From assembly GCA_040902005.1 (NCBI GenBank), contig JBBDYA010000088.1, positions 50,702-80,077 on the forward strand: a DNA stretch of 29,376 nucleotides. Reading direction: 5' to 3'. Every line of letters starts with the position of its first letter. Within the stretch, counting starts at the first letter, position 1. A program made the translations under genes and the position numbers. The notes under the pieces are model-generated. The model saw only the letters and a program-made list of their open reading frames with translations, had not been told where the DNA came from and did not search any database. Origin of the DNA: Gemmatimonadaceae bacterium. Lineage in GTDB: Bacteria; Gemmatimonadota; Gemmatimonadetes; Gemmatimonadales; Gemmatimonadaceae. Positions 1 to 8,676 of this stretch are shown here, piece after piece.

Positions 1-67
1 GGCGGACGTGACGGCGGACGTGACGGCGGACGTGACGGCGGACGTGACGGCGGACGTGACGGCGGAC
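1..67. repeat. 12-bp tandem repeat (GGCGGACGTGAC) x5 plus 7-bp partial copy, truncated by window start
   Basis: Read directly: five perfect units at 1-60, then GGCGGAC at 61-67. Confidence 0.97.
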
Positions 68-88
68 TTACCGGCGGGGAAATCATGA
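2..88 (+). CDS. Possible 3' end of an upstream gene, (ADVT)5[12 protein letters not shown] (partial)
   Basis: Frame 2 is open through the repeat and its TGA (86-88) overlaps the thiolase ATG (85-87) as ATGA, typical of translational coupling. No product is recognisable. Confidence 0.35.
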   Translation, partial: ADVTADVTADVTADVTADVTADLPAGKS

Positions 89-1251
89 CGGAAGCTGTGA
101 TCGTGTCGGCCGTACGGTCGGCGGTGGGCAAGGGAAAAAAGGACGGCGCGCTGGCGGCGGTACACCCCACCGAGGTGTCGGCGTGCGTGATGCGCGGTGC
201 ACTGGCAGGGATCGATCCCGCGATCGTGGACGACATCTACTGGGGATGCGCGATGCCGGAGGCGTCGCAGGGACTGAACGTCGCACGCCTCTCCTCGCTG
301 CGCGCCGGGATCCCGGTGGAAGTGCCCTCGGCGACCATCAATCGCTTCTGTTCGTCGGGCCTGCAGACCGTGGCCCTTGCCGCCCAGGAAATCATGTCGG
401 GCCAGGCCGACGTGGTGCTCGCCGGCGGCGTGGAGATGATGAGCCAGGTTCCCATGTCGGGCTATCACACCCGGCTCGATCCGGAGCTCACCGAGTCGTA
501 TATCGGCATGGGGTTCACCGCCGAGCGGGTCGCCGAACGCTGGAAGGTCTCGCGTGAAGACCAGGACCGCTGGGCGGCCGGCAGTCAGCAGAAGGCGGCG
601 CGTGCCTGGGATGACGGACGATTCGACAGTCAGATCGTGCCGATTCCCACCGAACAGGTGACGTGGAGCGGTGCGAAGAAGGAGGAGCGCACGACACCGT
701 TCGTTCGTGACGAACTGCCGCGCGCCGGGACCACGCTGGAAGGACTCGCGAAGCTGAAGCCGGCATTCAAGGTGAACGGAACGGTCACCGCCGGAAATGC
801 GAGTCCCTACTCCGATGGCGCGGCGGCAGTGCTCCTGATGAGCGCCGAGCGCGCGAAAGCGCTGGGGCTCAAGCCACTGGCGCGGTTCATCGCGTTCGCC
901 GCGGCAGGGGTGGAGCCGGACGTGATGGGAGTGGGGCCGATCAAGGCGGTGCCAAAGGCCCTGAAGCGTGCGGGGCTGTCCATGCAGGACATCGCTCTCA
1001 TCGAGTTCAACGAGGCGTTCGCCGCGCAGGTGGTAGCGGTGGTGCGCGACCTGGAGATGTCGGAGGATCGCGTGAACGTGAACGGAGGCGCGATCGCGCT
1101 CGGACATCCGCTGGGGGCCACGGGCTCGAAGCTCACCACGCAGCTGGTCCACGAACTGGGCCGACGCGGCGGTGGCGTTGGGCTGGTGACGATGTGCATC
1201 GGTGGAGGGATGGGGGCGGCGGGACTGTTCGAGGTCTTTCCGGCGTTCTGA
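85..1251 (+). CDS. fadA: Acetyl-CoA C-acyltransferase (3-ketoacyl-CoA thiolase)
   Basis: 388 aa; thiolase motifs INRFCSSG (nucleophile Cys), [20 protein letters not shown]. Confidence 0.93.
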   Translation: MTEAVIVSAVRSAVGKGKKDGALAAVHPTEVSACVMRGALAGIDPAIVDDIYWGCAMPEASQGLNVARLSSLRAGIPVEVPSATINRFCSSGLQTVALAAQEIMSGQADVVLAGGVEMMSQVPMSGYHTRLDPELTESYIGMGFTAERVAERWKVSREDQDRWAAGSQQKAARAWDDGRFDSQIVPIPTEQVTWSGAKKEERTTPFVRDELPRAGTTLEGLAKLKPAFKVNGTVTAGNASPYSDGAAAVLLMSAERAKALGLKPLARFIAFAAAGVEPDVMGVGPIKAVPKALKRAGLSMQDIALIEFNEAFAAQVVAVVRDLEMSEDRVNVNGGAIALGHPLGATGSKLTTQLVHELGRRGGGVGLVTMCIGGGMGAAGLFEVFPAF

Positions 1252-1280
1252 ACGGCGCTGCGCTGTCGCGCCGCGCGGTC

Positions 1281-2717
1281 TCAGGGGACCGGTCGCATCG
1301 CCGCCTCGATCTCCGCGATCTCCCGCGGCGCGCGCGATATCCACTCCAGCCCGTTCTCGGTCACGATGTAGTCGTCTTCGATGCGCACGCCGATGTTCCG
1401 GTAGCGCTCCAACACCGGACGAAGTCTGGCGATCAGGGCGCGATTGCGCGGCGTGTCAGCCAGGACGTCCGGCAGGTTTCCGCGCACGTAGATGCCCGGC
1501 TCGATGGTGAACGCGCTGCCCGCGGCGATCGTGCCCGTGAGGTAGTACTGGTCGGGGTCATGCACCTCGAGGCCGATGCCGTGTCCCAGTCCGTGCATGA
1601 AGTACAGGCGGATCTGCGGCGCCTGGCTGATCGCGCCGCCCTGACCCACCACGTCGTACGTGGCCGCCGGAGACTCGATCAGGCCGAGCCGCGCGAGTCC
1701 GGCCGCGATGACCGCCGTGGCCGAGTCGCTCATGGCCTGGGCCCGCATTCCGGGCAGTGCATTTCGCTCCGCGGCCGCCTGCGCGTCGCGGACGATCTGA
1801 TAGATGTCGCGCTGGGCCGGCGTGAAGGCACCGGCGGCCGGTATCGTGCGCGTCACGTCGGCTGCGTACCCCTGAACCGACGCGCCGACGTCCATGACCA
1901 CCATGTCTCCCGCTTCGATCTGGCGGTCGTTGGCGTTGTAGTGCAGCACGGTGGCGTTCGGACCCGAGCCCACGATCGACGCGAAGGACGGCCGCTCCGC
2001 GCCGCGGCGACGAAAACCGTACTCGATCGTCGCCTCGATCTCGTACTCGTGCATGCGTGGGCGCATGGCGCGCATCGCCTCCAGGTGCGACGCCACCGTG
2101 ATCTCGGCGGCGCGGCGGATCAGTGCCAGCTCGGCCGCAGACTTGGTGCCGCGCAGCCGCGTGACCGCGGCGTTCACCGTCGGTACGACGCGCAGCGGCG
2201 GGTACCGAGCGCTGAGCGCGGCCAGGTACTGGTCTTCGGGCGTGAGCGCCTGGCCCGGCGCGCGCCTCGGGCCGGTCACCCCGCCGCCGACGTGCAGCGG
2301 CAGCCGGCCGCTCGAGGCGAGCGAATCGAGCACCGTGTGCAGCTCGCCGCGAACGCGCGCGGCCACTCCCGAGATCCTGGTGGCACCATCGAGGCCGATA
2401 CGCGCGCCGCTCCACAGCTCCACGGCGGGATCGCGCGGCAAAACGAAGACCGTAGCCGTGGTGCGACCGCCCTCCTTCACCATCAGCAGCGCCGCTTCCG
2501 GCTCACGAATGCCGCTGAGGTACAGCATTTCGGGGTTCTGGAAGAACTCGAGATAGTCGTGCTCCGGCGCGCGCGCGCCGAATACCATGATTGCCGCGTC
2601 GGGCATGCGCGCGACGAGCGCGTCGCGGCGCTGCTGGTACTCGGCGACGGAGAATTGCGCATCCAGGTGGCACGGAGCCGCGGCGACGAGCAGCGCGGCG
2701 AGCAGCAGTCGATTCAT
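1281..2717 (-). CDS. Secreted Xaa-Pro aminopeptidase (aminopeptidase P, M24B)
   Basis: M24 metal-ligand motifs MDVGAS..YAADVTRT, HGLGHGIGLEVHD, TIEPGIY, GVRIEDD; AMP_N-like N-domain (FFQNPEMLYLSG). Start moved to ATG 2717 (signal peptide MNRLLLAALLVAAAPCHLDA, GAGG upstream). ATG 2744 is an alternative. Confidence 0.9.
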   Translation of the reverse strand: MNRLLLAALLVAAAPCHLDAQFSVAEYQQRRDALVARMPDAAIMVFGARAPEHDYLEFFQNPEMLYLSGIREPEAALLMVKEGGRTTATVFVLPRDPAVELWSGARIGLDGATRISGVAARVRGELHTVLDSLASSGRLPLHVGGGVTGPRRAPGQALTPEDQYLAALSARYPPLRVVPTVNAAVTRLRGTKSAAELALIRRAAEITVASHLEAMRAMRPRMHEYEIEATIEYGFRRRGAERPSFASIVGSGPNATVLHYNANDRQIEAGDMVVMDVGASVQGYAADVTRTIPAAGAFTPAQRDIYQIVRDAQAAAERNALPGMRAQAMSDSATAVIAAGLARLGLIESPAATYDVVGQGGAISQAPQIRLYFMHGLGHGIGLEVHDPDQYYLTGTIAAGSAFTIEPGIYVRGNLPDVLADTPRNRALIARLRPVLERYRNIGVRIEDDYIVTENGLEWISRAPREIAEIEAAMRPVP

Positions 2718-2745
2718 GAACGGCCTCACGGGTGCGGGTCGCATC

Positions 2746-3384
2746 CTATTCGGCACCGAGCTGGCCCCCGTCATTGTCGAGCGACCGCCACAGGTACCAG
2801 CAGGCGACGCTGCTGTACGGCGTCCATTTCGCCCCGATGCGCTGCACATCCTTTGGTCGGACCTTCCGCTTGCGATAGGCCCGCTTGATGGCGTTCTGGA
2901 TGCCGAGGTCCAGGTCCGGCAGCACGTTCGGGCGGCCGAGCTTGAACATCAGGAACATCTGGGCGGTCCAGCGGCCGATGCCCTTCACCTGCACGAGGTG
3001 CGCGATGAGCTCCGCGTCGGCCAGCGAGTCCACGTGGTCCAGTGGGAGTGTGCCGGCCTGCAAACGCGCGGACAGGTCGCGGAGGTAGCCGATCTTCTGT
3101 CGCGATAGTCCGACCGCGCGAAGCTGCTCCTCGGACGTGGCGAGGATCTGTGCGGGTGTGGGTGCCCCCCCGGGGTAGAGCGCGAGCAGACGGCCGTGAA
3201 TCGTGCCGGCCGCCTTGCCGGAGAGCTGCTGAAAAACGATCGATCGGACGAGCGCCAGATAGTGGGACCCGCCCGTGCCATCCCTCGGACGGTATGGCCC
3301 CACGCTCTCCATGACCTTTGCCATCACCGGGTCCACGCGCCGGAGATGCGCGCGCGCGCGGCGCGCGAGGGTCGCGTGCGTCAC
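2746..3384 (-). CDS. alkA: DNA-3-methyladenine glycosylase II (AlkA family, HhH-GPD)
   Basis: SIVFQQLSGKAA, LRAVGLSRQKIGYL, HhH motif LVQVKGIGRWTAQMFLMF, LPDLDLGI with catalytic Asp, W.PYSSVACWYLW. Confidence 0.9.
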   Translation of the reverse strand: MTHATLARRARAHLRRVDPVMAKVMESVGPYRPRDGTGGSHYLALVRSIVFQQLSGKAAGTIHGRLLALYPGGAPTPAQILATSEEQLRAVGLSRQKIGYLRDLSARLQAGTLPLDHVDSLADAELIAHLVQVKGIGRWTAQMFLMFKLGRPNVLPDLDLGIQNAIKRAYRKRKVRPKDVQRIGAKWTPYSSVACWYLWRSLDNDGGQLGAE

Positions 3385-3387
3385 GAA

Positions 3388-3855
3388 CTAATGGCGGGCG
3401 AAAATGCTCGTCGTGCCGTCGCGGTTGAACGCGATCACGTTGTACCGGTCCACGCGCCCCCCGACTTCCATGCCCGGCGAACCCGCGGGCATACCCGGTA
3501 CCGCGATGCCGGCGACCTTCGGCTTCTCCTTCAGAAGGCGCTGGATGTCCGCGGCCGGGACATGACCCTCCACCACGTAGCCCTCAACGAACGCCGTATG
3601 ACACGAGTACAGGCGTTCGGGGACGCGTCCCGCCCGCTTCACGCCGACGACATCCGACGTGTCCCGCGACACGACCTCGAAGGCATGCTTCCGCAGGTGC
3701 TCGATCCAGTCCTTGCAGCAGCCGCAGTTGGCATCCTTGAAGACCGTAACGCGTGTGGCGGCCCCCGGCGCAGTGGGCGCTGACGGTGCCGACGCCGAGA
3801 CCAGGGAACCGAGGAGTAGCACGCCCGCATAGCGGACCAAAGCGCGATATTGCAT
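3388..3855 (-). CDS. DUF411 family periplasmic metal-binding protein (thioredoxin-like, CGCC)
   Basis: Signal peptide; CGCCKDWIEHL, SCHTA..EGYVVEGHVPA, GIAVPGMPAGSPGME are DUF411 signatures. Confidence 0.9.
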   Translation of the reverse strand: MQYRALVRYAGVLLLGSLVSASAPSAPTAPGAATRVTVFKDANCGCCKDWIEHLRKHAFEVVSRDTSDVVGVKRAGRVPERLYSCHTAFVEGYVVEGHVPAADIQRLLKEKPKVAGIAVPGMPAGSPGMEVGGRVDRYNVIAFNRDGTTSIFARH

Positions 3856-3889
3856 GCTTCACAGTCTAGCAACCGCCGGAGCGATCCAC

Positions 3890-5014
3890 ATGCCGAATTC
3901 CTCCCACACACCGTCAGGGTTTCTCCCCCTCGCCATGGTCCTGGTCGCCACGGCAACGACGCTGTCGGCGCAGAATCCCACGACGCGGCCCGTGCCGAGG
4001 GACTCGGCGCGCGCGGCGGCGCTGTACGTGAGCGACCGCCCCGAGGATCATCCGCAGCGGAACTTCGACGACCAGGTCCGGAGCAAGGCGCGCACGGACA
4101 GCATCTATGGCGCGCGCAGCCGCGGCGTGATGGATTTCCAGAAGATCTCGTACAGGAGCGGCGTGGACGGGATGACCATTCCCGCATACCTCTTTCAGCC
4201 GCTGAACAAGCGCGGCGCGCGCGGGCACGCGGCGATGGTCTGGGTGCATGGTGGGGTGCACGGCGACTGGGGCACGATGTACTTCCCGTTCGTGAAGGAA
4301 GCGGTGGAACGCGGCTACGTGATCATCGCGCCCGAGTACCGTGGCAGCACGGGGTATGGCGCCGAGCATTTCAACGCCATCGACTACGGCGGCAAGGAAG
4401 TGGACGACGTGGCGTCCGCCCTCGACTTCCTGAGAACGCTGCCCCACGTGGACGCCGAGCGTGTGGGCGTCATGGGGTGGAGCCACGGCGGATTCATCGC
4501 CGCGCACCTGGTGTTTCGCGAACAGCATCCGTTCAAGGCGGCGGCGGCAATCGTTCCGGTGACGAACCTGGTGTTCCGGCTTGGCTACAAGGGTCCGGGG
4601 TACGCGCGCAACTTCTCGACCCAGCGCGACATTCGGGGCATGCCGCACGAGAAAAAGGAGGAATACATCAGGCGCTCGCCACTGTACCACGTGGACAAGC
4701 TGACGGTGCCGATCCTCGTGCACGTCGCGACGAACGACACGGACGTCGACTACGTGGAGGATCAACAGATGGTGGACGCGCTGCGGTCGCGCCAACCCGA
4801 TCTTGCCGAAACGAAGACCTACGTGGATCCGGCACCGTGGGGTAACTCGATCGGGCACGCCTTCAGCCGGCGCGTGGATCCGGTGACCCTGGAGCGAGTG
4901 GACTCGCCGGCGCAGATCGATTCGTGGAACCGCACGTGGGTGTTCTTCGAGTGGATCCTGCGTCCGTACGAAGACCGTTCGAAGCCGCCACCCCCGGTGC
5001 GTACGCGGCCGTGA
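3890..5014 (+). CDS. Secreted S9-family (prolyl oligopeptidase-like) alpha/beta hydrolase
   Basis: VHGGVHG oxyanion motif, PEYRGSTGYG, nucleophile elbow GWSHGG, probable Asp (NDTDV) and His (IGHAF); N-terminal signal peptide. ATG 3890 chosen (GGAG upstream); ATG 3854 would overlap the divergent gene start. Confidence 0.85.
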   Translation: MPNSSHTPSGFLPLAMVLVATATTLSAQNPTTRPVPRDSARAAALYVSDRPEDHPQRNFDDQVRSKARTDSIYGARSRGVMDFQKISYRSGVDGMTIPAYLFQPLNKRGARGHAAMVWVHGGVHGDWGTMYFPFVKEAVERGYVIIAPEYRGSTGYGAEHFNAIDYGGKEVDDVASALDFLRTLPHVDAERVGVMGWSHGGFIAAHLVFREQHPFKAAAAIVPVTNLVFRLGYKGPGYARNFSTQRDIRGMPHEKKEEYIRRSPLYHVDKLTVPILVHVATNDTDVDYVEDQQMVDALRSRQPDLAETKTYVDPAPWGNSIGHAFSRRVDPVTLERVDSPAQIDSWNRTWVFFEWILRPYEDRSKPPPPVRTRP

Positions 5015-5205
5015 CCCTGCATCACACCGACGAGATCCGGATCCGCATCGACGAGATCCGCCAGTCCCGGCGCGGACGGATCGACTGGCGGCTGTCGCAC
5101 CACACCGCCGAGATCGCGATTCGCGCGATCGCGGGCCACGTATCGGTGCGCTATCGTCCCGGGAGCAAGTCGCGGCGTCGCAAGAGACACAAGCGTCTGC
5201 TGTGA
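5011..5205 (+). CDS. Small basic hypothetical protein (64 aa)
   Basis: GTG at 5011 overlaps the hydrolase stop (GTGA); high GC3 codons; MTLHHTDEIRIRIDEIRQSRRGRIDWRLSHHTAEIAIRAIAGHVSVRYRPGSKSRRRKRHKRLL. Confidence 0.55.
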   Translation: MTLHHTDEIRIRIDEIRQSRRGRIDWRLSHHTAEIAIRAIAGHVSVRYRPGSKSRRRKRHKRLL

Positions 5206-5219
5206 GCGCCTGGCGCTGA

Positions 5220-5393
5220 TCAGCCGCGCAGCCGGATGACGAGCAGCGCCACCGCGGCCACCGTCACGATGATGGACGAGACACTGATCAGCGTCTGGTA
5301 GGCCGATTCGGTCATCGTCCCCTTCTTCTTCATCGAATTGCCGACGACGACGATGATGATGAGGACGACCAGCAGGATGATTGGAACGAGCAT
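5220..5393 (-). CDS. Small two-TM membrane protein (57 aa, not in the ORF track)
   Basis: Translated by hand: MLVPIILLVVLIIIVVVGNSMKKKGTMTESAYQTLISVSSIIVTVAAVALLVIRLRG*; two hydrophobic segments around a KKK loop; typical codon bias; fills the intergenic gap. Confidence 0.75.
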   Translation of the reverse strand: MLVPIILLVVLIIIVVVGNSMKKKGTMTESAYQTLISVSSIIVTVAAVALLVIRLRG

Positions 5394-5460
5394 GGGATCC
5401 CGGCAGGGTGGGGGAGGGGCAGCGACACAACCCTACCGGACGCGGCCGGTGCTCGTCAAG

Positions 5461-5817
5461 TCATGCGTCCAGGCGGCGATGCGCGCTCAGGCCGATCAAC
5501 GCCCCAAGCGTCGCCCCCATTCCGACGAGCAGCGTGCTCGCCGCCGGCCCGATGGGAGACGAGAGGGTGGCGAGGGTTACGATCGCGGCGGCGCCGAACC
5601 CCAGCAGCGCGCCGACGATGGTCCAGAATCGCTGCTCCGGTCGAACCCAGCCAACCTTCGCCGCGAGGAATCCAGCGGCGACCACCAGGATCGTGCCCCC
5701 CGCGAACCCGCCGGCAAAGACGCCCCCACGCCCGAGGCCGCCGCCAAGGAGGGCGCCGCCCCCGCCCCCGACGCCGCCGACCAGGCACATGAGCACGAAG
5801 AGCAGGAGGAATTTCAC
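5461..5817 (-). CDS. Hypothetical Gly-rich integral membrane protein (118 aa, about 4 TM)
   Basis: GTG start with AAGGG upstream, 9 nt after the previous stop; four hydrophobic Gly-rich segments. Confidence 0.75.
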   Translation of the reverse strand: MKFLLLFVLMCLVGGVGGGGGALLGGGLGRGGVFAGGFAGGTILVVAAGFLAAKVGWVRPEQRFWTIVGALLGFGAAAIVTLATLSSPIGPAASTLLVGMGATLGALIGLSAHRRLDA

Positions 5818-5826
5818 GGTCGTCCC

Positions 5827-6066
5827 TTAGTGGCCACGCCGCGCTTCACGGATCGCCTCGGCTTTCTCCGAGTTCTTTTCCGCTTCGTCGTGCTGCTGCC
5901 GATCCTGATCCAGCCGGTGGTTTCCCTCGATCGGCGCGCTCTCGTCGGATTGGGCGGCATTCGAGCCTTCCTGGAGCTGCTCGATGAAGCGCCGGTGCGT
6001 GGCCTGGCCATGCTGTCCCTCCGCGTGGCGCTGCGCGCCCTTCTGACGTCCCTTGTCCTTTGCCAT
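5827..6066 (-). CDS. Small hydrophilic hypothetical protein (79 aa)
   Basis: ATG 6066 with GGAG upstream; MAKDKGRQKGAQRHAEGQHGQATHRRFIEQLQEG...; highly polar and charged. Confidence 0.7.
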   Translation of the reverse strand: MAKDKGRQKGAQRHAEGQHGQATHRRFIEQLQEGSNAAQSDESAPIEGNHRLDQDRQQHDEAEKNSEKAEAIREARRGH

Positions 6067-6188
6067 GGATGAGCTTCTCCGTTGAGAGTGGTAGGGTCGG
6101 GTCCTCTGGGCGCAAGCAGGGGGCCACACTGCTTACGCCCGCTCCCGGTGACCCGTAGAATCATCCGGTCCCCTTCCGTCGGAATCGC

Positions 6189-7349
6189 ATGGCGCATCGT
6201 CTTGCCCTCGTACTCGCACTTGCGCTCGCTATCGGATGCCGAGCCTCCAGCTCGCCCGTGCCGACGGTAGCCGAGACCAGCGCGTACGTGGTCCGGCTCG
6301 GTCATGACACGCTGGCAGTGGACCAGTTCACCCGCGTAGGCGATCGGCTGGAGGGAGCGCTGGTGACACGGTATCCGCAGGCAGTGGTGACGCACTATCT
6401 CGTCACATTGAATCCGGACGGCACGGTCTCGCTCGTGGAGTCCAGCCGCCGCCTCGCCGACGGCGGTCTCGTTCCGCCTGGAAACGTGCGCAGCACGACC
6501 GTGACCTACACGCCCGACAGCGCCATCACGCGGCAGCAGCGAGACACGCTCGTGACGACGCGCGTGGCGGCCGCCATGGCATTTCCGTACATCAACTATT
6601 CGATGGCATTCATGCAGCTGCCGATCGCCGCGCTGCGCGCGTCGAACCGGGACAGCGCCAGGTACGCCATTCTTCCCGTGGGCGGAGGCACTACCACGCC
6701 AATGTCGGTCGCCCGGCGCGACCTGGGCCGGTACACGGTGACCATCGGCGCGTATCAGCATGACGTCCGCACGAATGGCCGCGGCGTGGTGCAGAGCGTG
6801 GATGGCACCGGCACCACGCAGCAGTTCATCGCCCAGCGCCAGAGCAGCGCCGACGTATCCGGGATCGCCTCGGCGTGGAGCGCGCTCGCGCGGATGCCCC
6901 TGTCGTCACGCGATACCGTACGTGCGACGATCGGCTCGACGCGGCTGTGGGTGGATTACGGCAGGCCGGCGGCGCGCGGACGCCGCGTGTTCGGTGAGAG
7001 CGGCGTGCTGAACGACACGCTCTGGCGCACCGGTGCCAACGCCGCGACGCAGTTCCGGACCAGCGCGCCGCTCACCATGGCCGGCCACACGGTTCCCGCG
7101 GGGACGTATACCCTCTGGACGCTGGCGATCCCCGGCCGCTCTCAGCTGATCATCAATCGCCAGACGGGACAGTGGGGGACGGTGTACGACCCGGCCCAGG
7201 ACCTCATTCGGGTGCCTCTCGCGCGAACGGAGCTCTTATCGGTGGTGGAGCGATTCACGATCGCGATCGATGCGGTCGGTGCGAATGGCGGTGTCCTTCG
7301 TCTCCGGTGGGACACCACCGAGTGGTCGGTTCCGTTCACCGCGCCCTGA
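6189..7349 (+). CDS. Lipoprotein with C-terminal DUF2911 domain
   Basis: Lipobox-like LAIGC; C-terminal LSSRDTV..VDYGRPAARGRRVFG..LWRTGANAATQF..VPAGTYTLWT..QTGQWGT..LRWD matches DUF2911; beta-rich N-terminal half; TAGAAT at 6156-6161 upstream. Confidence 0.85.
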   Translation: MAHRLALVLALALAIGCRASSSPVPTVAETSAYVVRLGHDTLAVDQFTRVGDRLEGALVTRYPQAVVTHYLVTLNPDGTVSLVESSRRLADGGLVPPGNVRSTTVTYTPDSAITRQQRDTLVTTRVAAAMAFPYINYSMAFMQLPIAALRASNRDSARYAILPVGGGTTTPMSVARRDLGRYTVTIGAYQHDVRTNGRGVVQSVDGTGTTQQFIAQRQSSADVSGIASAWSALARMPLSSRDTVRATIGSTRLWVDYGRPAARGRRVFGESGVLNDTLWRTGANAATQFRTSAPLTMAGHTVPAGTYTLWTLAIPGRSQLIINRQTGQWGTVYDPAQDLIRVPLARTELLSVVERFTIAIDAVGANGGVLRLRWDTTEWSVPFTAP

Positions 7350-7898
7350 GTGTCGCGCGTCCTCGACTACTTTTTTCGCGGCCTGATGGTCCTGGCCCCG
7401 GCCGCGATCACCATCTGGGTCTTCTGGCTGATCATCAGCAAGGTCGATGAGTGGGTGGGCTTCGGCATTCCCGGCGCCGGTTTCGTCGTCACGGTCGCGC
7501 TCATCACGCTGTTCGGGTTTCTCACGTCGAGCTTCCTGGCGCGCTGGACGGTCGGGTTCATGGACAACACGTTCGCGCGGCTGCCGCTGGTGCGGCTGGT
7601 CTATGCGTCCACGCGCGATCTGCTGGAGGCGTTCGTCGGGGAGAAGCGCCGGTTCGACAAACCCGTACTCGTCGCGATGAGCCCGGACGGAGAGGAGAAG
7701 GCCTTCGGATTCATCACGCAGGAGAGCATGACGCGGTTTGGGCTGGAAGATCACGTGACGGTGTATCTGCCCTTCTCCTACACCTTCACGGGCGTCATCC
7801 GCGTGTTCCCCTCGCGCAACGTTCGCCCGCTGAGCAATGACAGCGCGGAGGTGATGGCATTCGTGGTCTCGGGCGGCGTGACGGAGCCCAAGGTGTAG
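7350..7898 (+). CDS. DUF502 family membrane protein
   Basis: YFFRGLMVLAP..ITIW, RLPLVRLVYAS.RDL, FGFIT, VTVYLP.S..FTG, AMAFVVSGG-like end (EVMAFVVSGGV); starts immediately after the upstream stop. Confidence 0.88.
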   Translation: MSRVLDYFFRGLMVLAPAAITIWVFWLIISKVDEWVGFGIPGAGFVVTVALITLFGFLTSSFLARWTVGFMDNTFARLPLVRLVYASTRDLLEAFVGEKRRFDKPVLVAMSPDGEEKAFGFITQESMTRFGLEDHVTVYLPFSYTFTGVIRVFPSRNVRPLSNDSAEVMAFVVSGGVTEPKV

Positions 7899-7905
7899 AC
7901 AGGGG

Positions 7906-8625
7906 TTACGGGTCGGGATTTCGCTCCCACGACCCGTACATCGGATTGGGAAACAGAAAGAATCGCACACCGAAGTCGCGCAGTGTCTCCGGCTTCAAGC
8001 GCGACTCCTGATTGAGTCCCGGAAAGTCCTGGATGTTGTCTCCCATCCAGGCGACCACCGTCAACGCCGGCAGCCCCGGCGCGGCCTGGCCGGACTGGAC
8101 TCGCCGGAAGCGCGGATTCTTGTCCGATTCGCCCACCGGCTTGCACAAGACGAGGTCGGCAGGGAAACCGACCGTTTGCAGGTTCTCGCGGGTGGCTGCA
8201 CAAAGCGAGTCCGCCCGGTTCGTGACGATGACCAGACGGCCAGTCAGTTCGCGCACGCGGGCAGCAAATTCGACGGCACCCGGAATGGCCAACGCGGCGC
8301 GCTCCTTGACCCACATCGCCCAAGTGTCCTCCGAGTACCGCTGGCCTGACAACGTAAGACGTCTCTGATACTCGGAGTTGTCCAGGACAGTTTCATCGGC
8401 GTCGAGGATGACTGCCCACGACCGGGGCGGCAGGCCGCTCGCCAGCTCGGCGACTCGGCCCGAGGCCAACCTGTAGGTCTGGCCTGCCAGGCCGCGATAC
8501 TCCGCCGAGGTGCGGACCCAGCGGACGTCGTTCGGTAGCGCAGGGGCGTGAATTGCGGGCGGAGGCGCAGCGGATGGCCAGCATCCGAGCAGCGCCAGGG
8601 CGAGGAGCGGAGCGAGTACGCGCAT
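7906..8625 (-). CDS. Class C acid phosphatase / 5'-nucleotidase lipoprotein, e(P4) family (HAD)
   Basis: HAD motif I DADETVLDNS, motif II VTNR, GDNIQDF, PNPMYGSW; lipobox LLGC; ATG 8625 preceded by GAGAGGA. Confidence 0.9.
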   Translation of the reverse strand: MRVLAPLLALALLGCWPSAAPPPAIHAPALPNDVRWVRTSAEYRGLAGQTYRLASGRVAELASGLPPRSWAVILDADETVLDNSEYQRRLTLSGQRYSEDTWAMWVKERAALAIPGAVEFAARVRELTGRLVIVTNRADSLCAATRENLQTVGFPADLVLCKPVGESDKNPRFRRVQSGQAAPGLPALTVVAWMGDNIQDFPGLNQESRLKPETLRDFGVRFFLFPNPMYGSWERNPDP

Positions 8626-8676
8626 GTGTGGTCCTCTCTCAGATGGCCTCAAGGATGAGCAACGTGCGAGCCCGGC

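Noticed and set aside
1..67. CRISPR array
   Set aside because: Units are 12 bp and directly adjacent with no spacers; no cas genes in the window.
1194..2888. 564-aa plus-strand ORF
   Set aside because: Antisense shadow of the aminopeptidase P gene; Arg/His-rich with no motifs, typical of high-GC DNA.
5338..6072. 244-aa plus-strand ORF (and 5381..5830)
   Set aside because: Antisense to three minus-strand small genes that have better start signals and protein-like composition.
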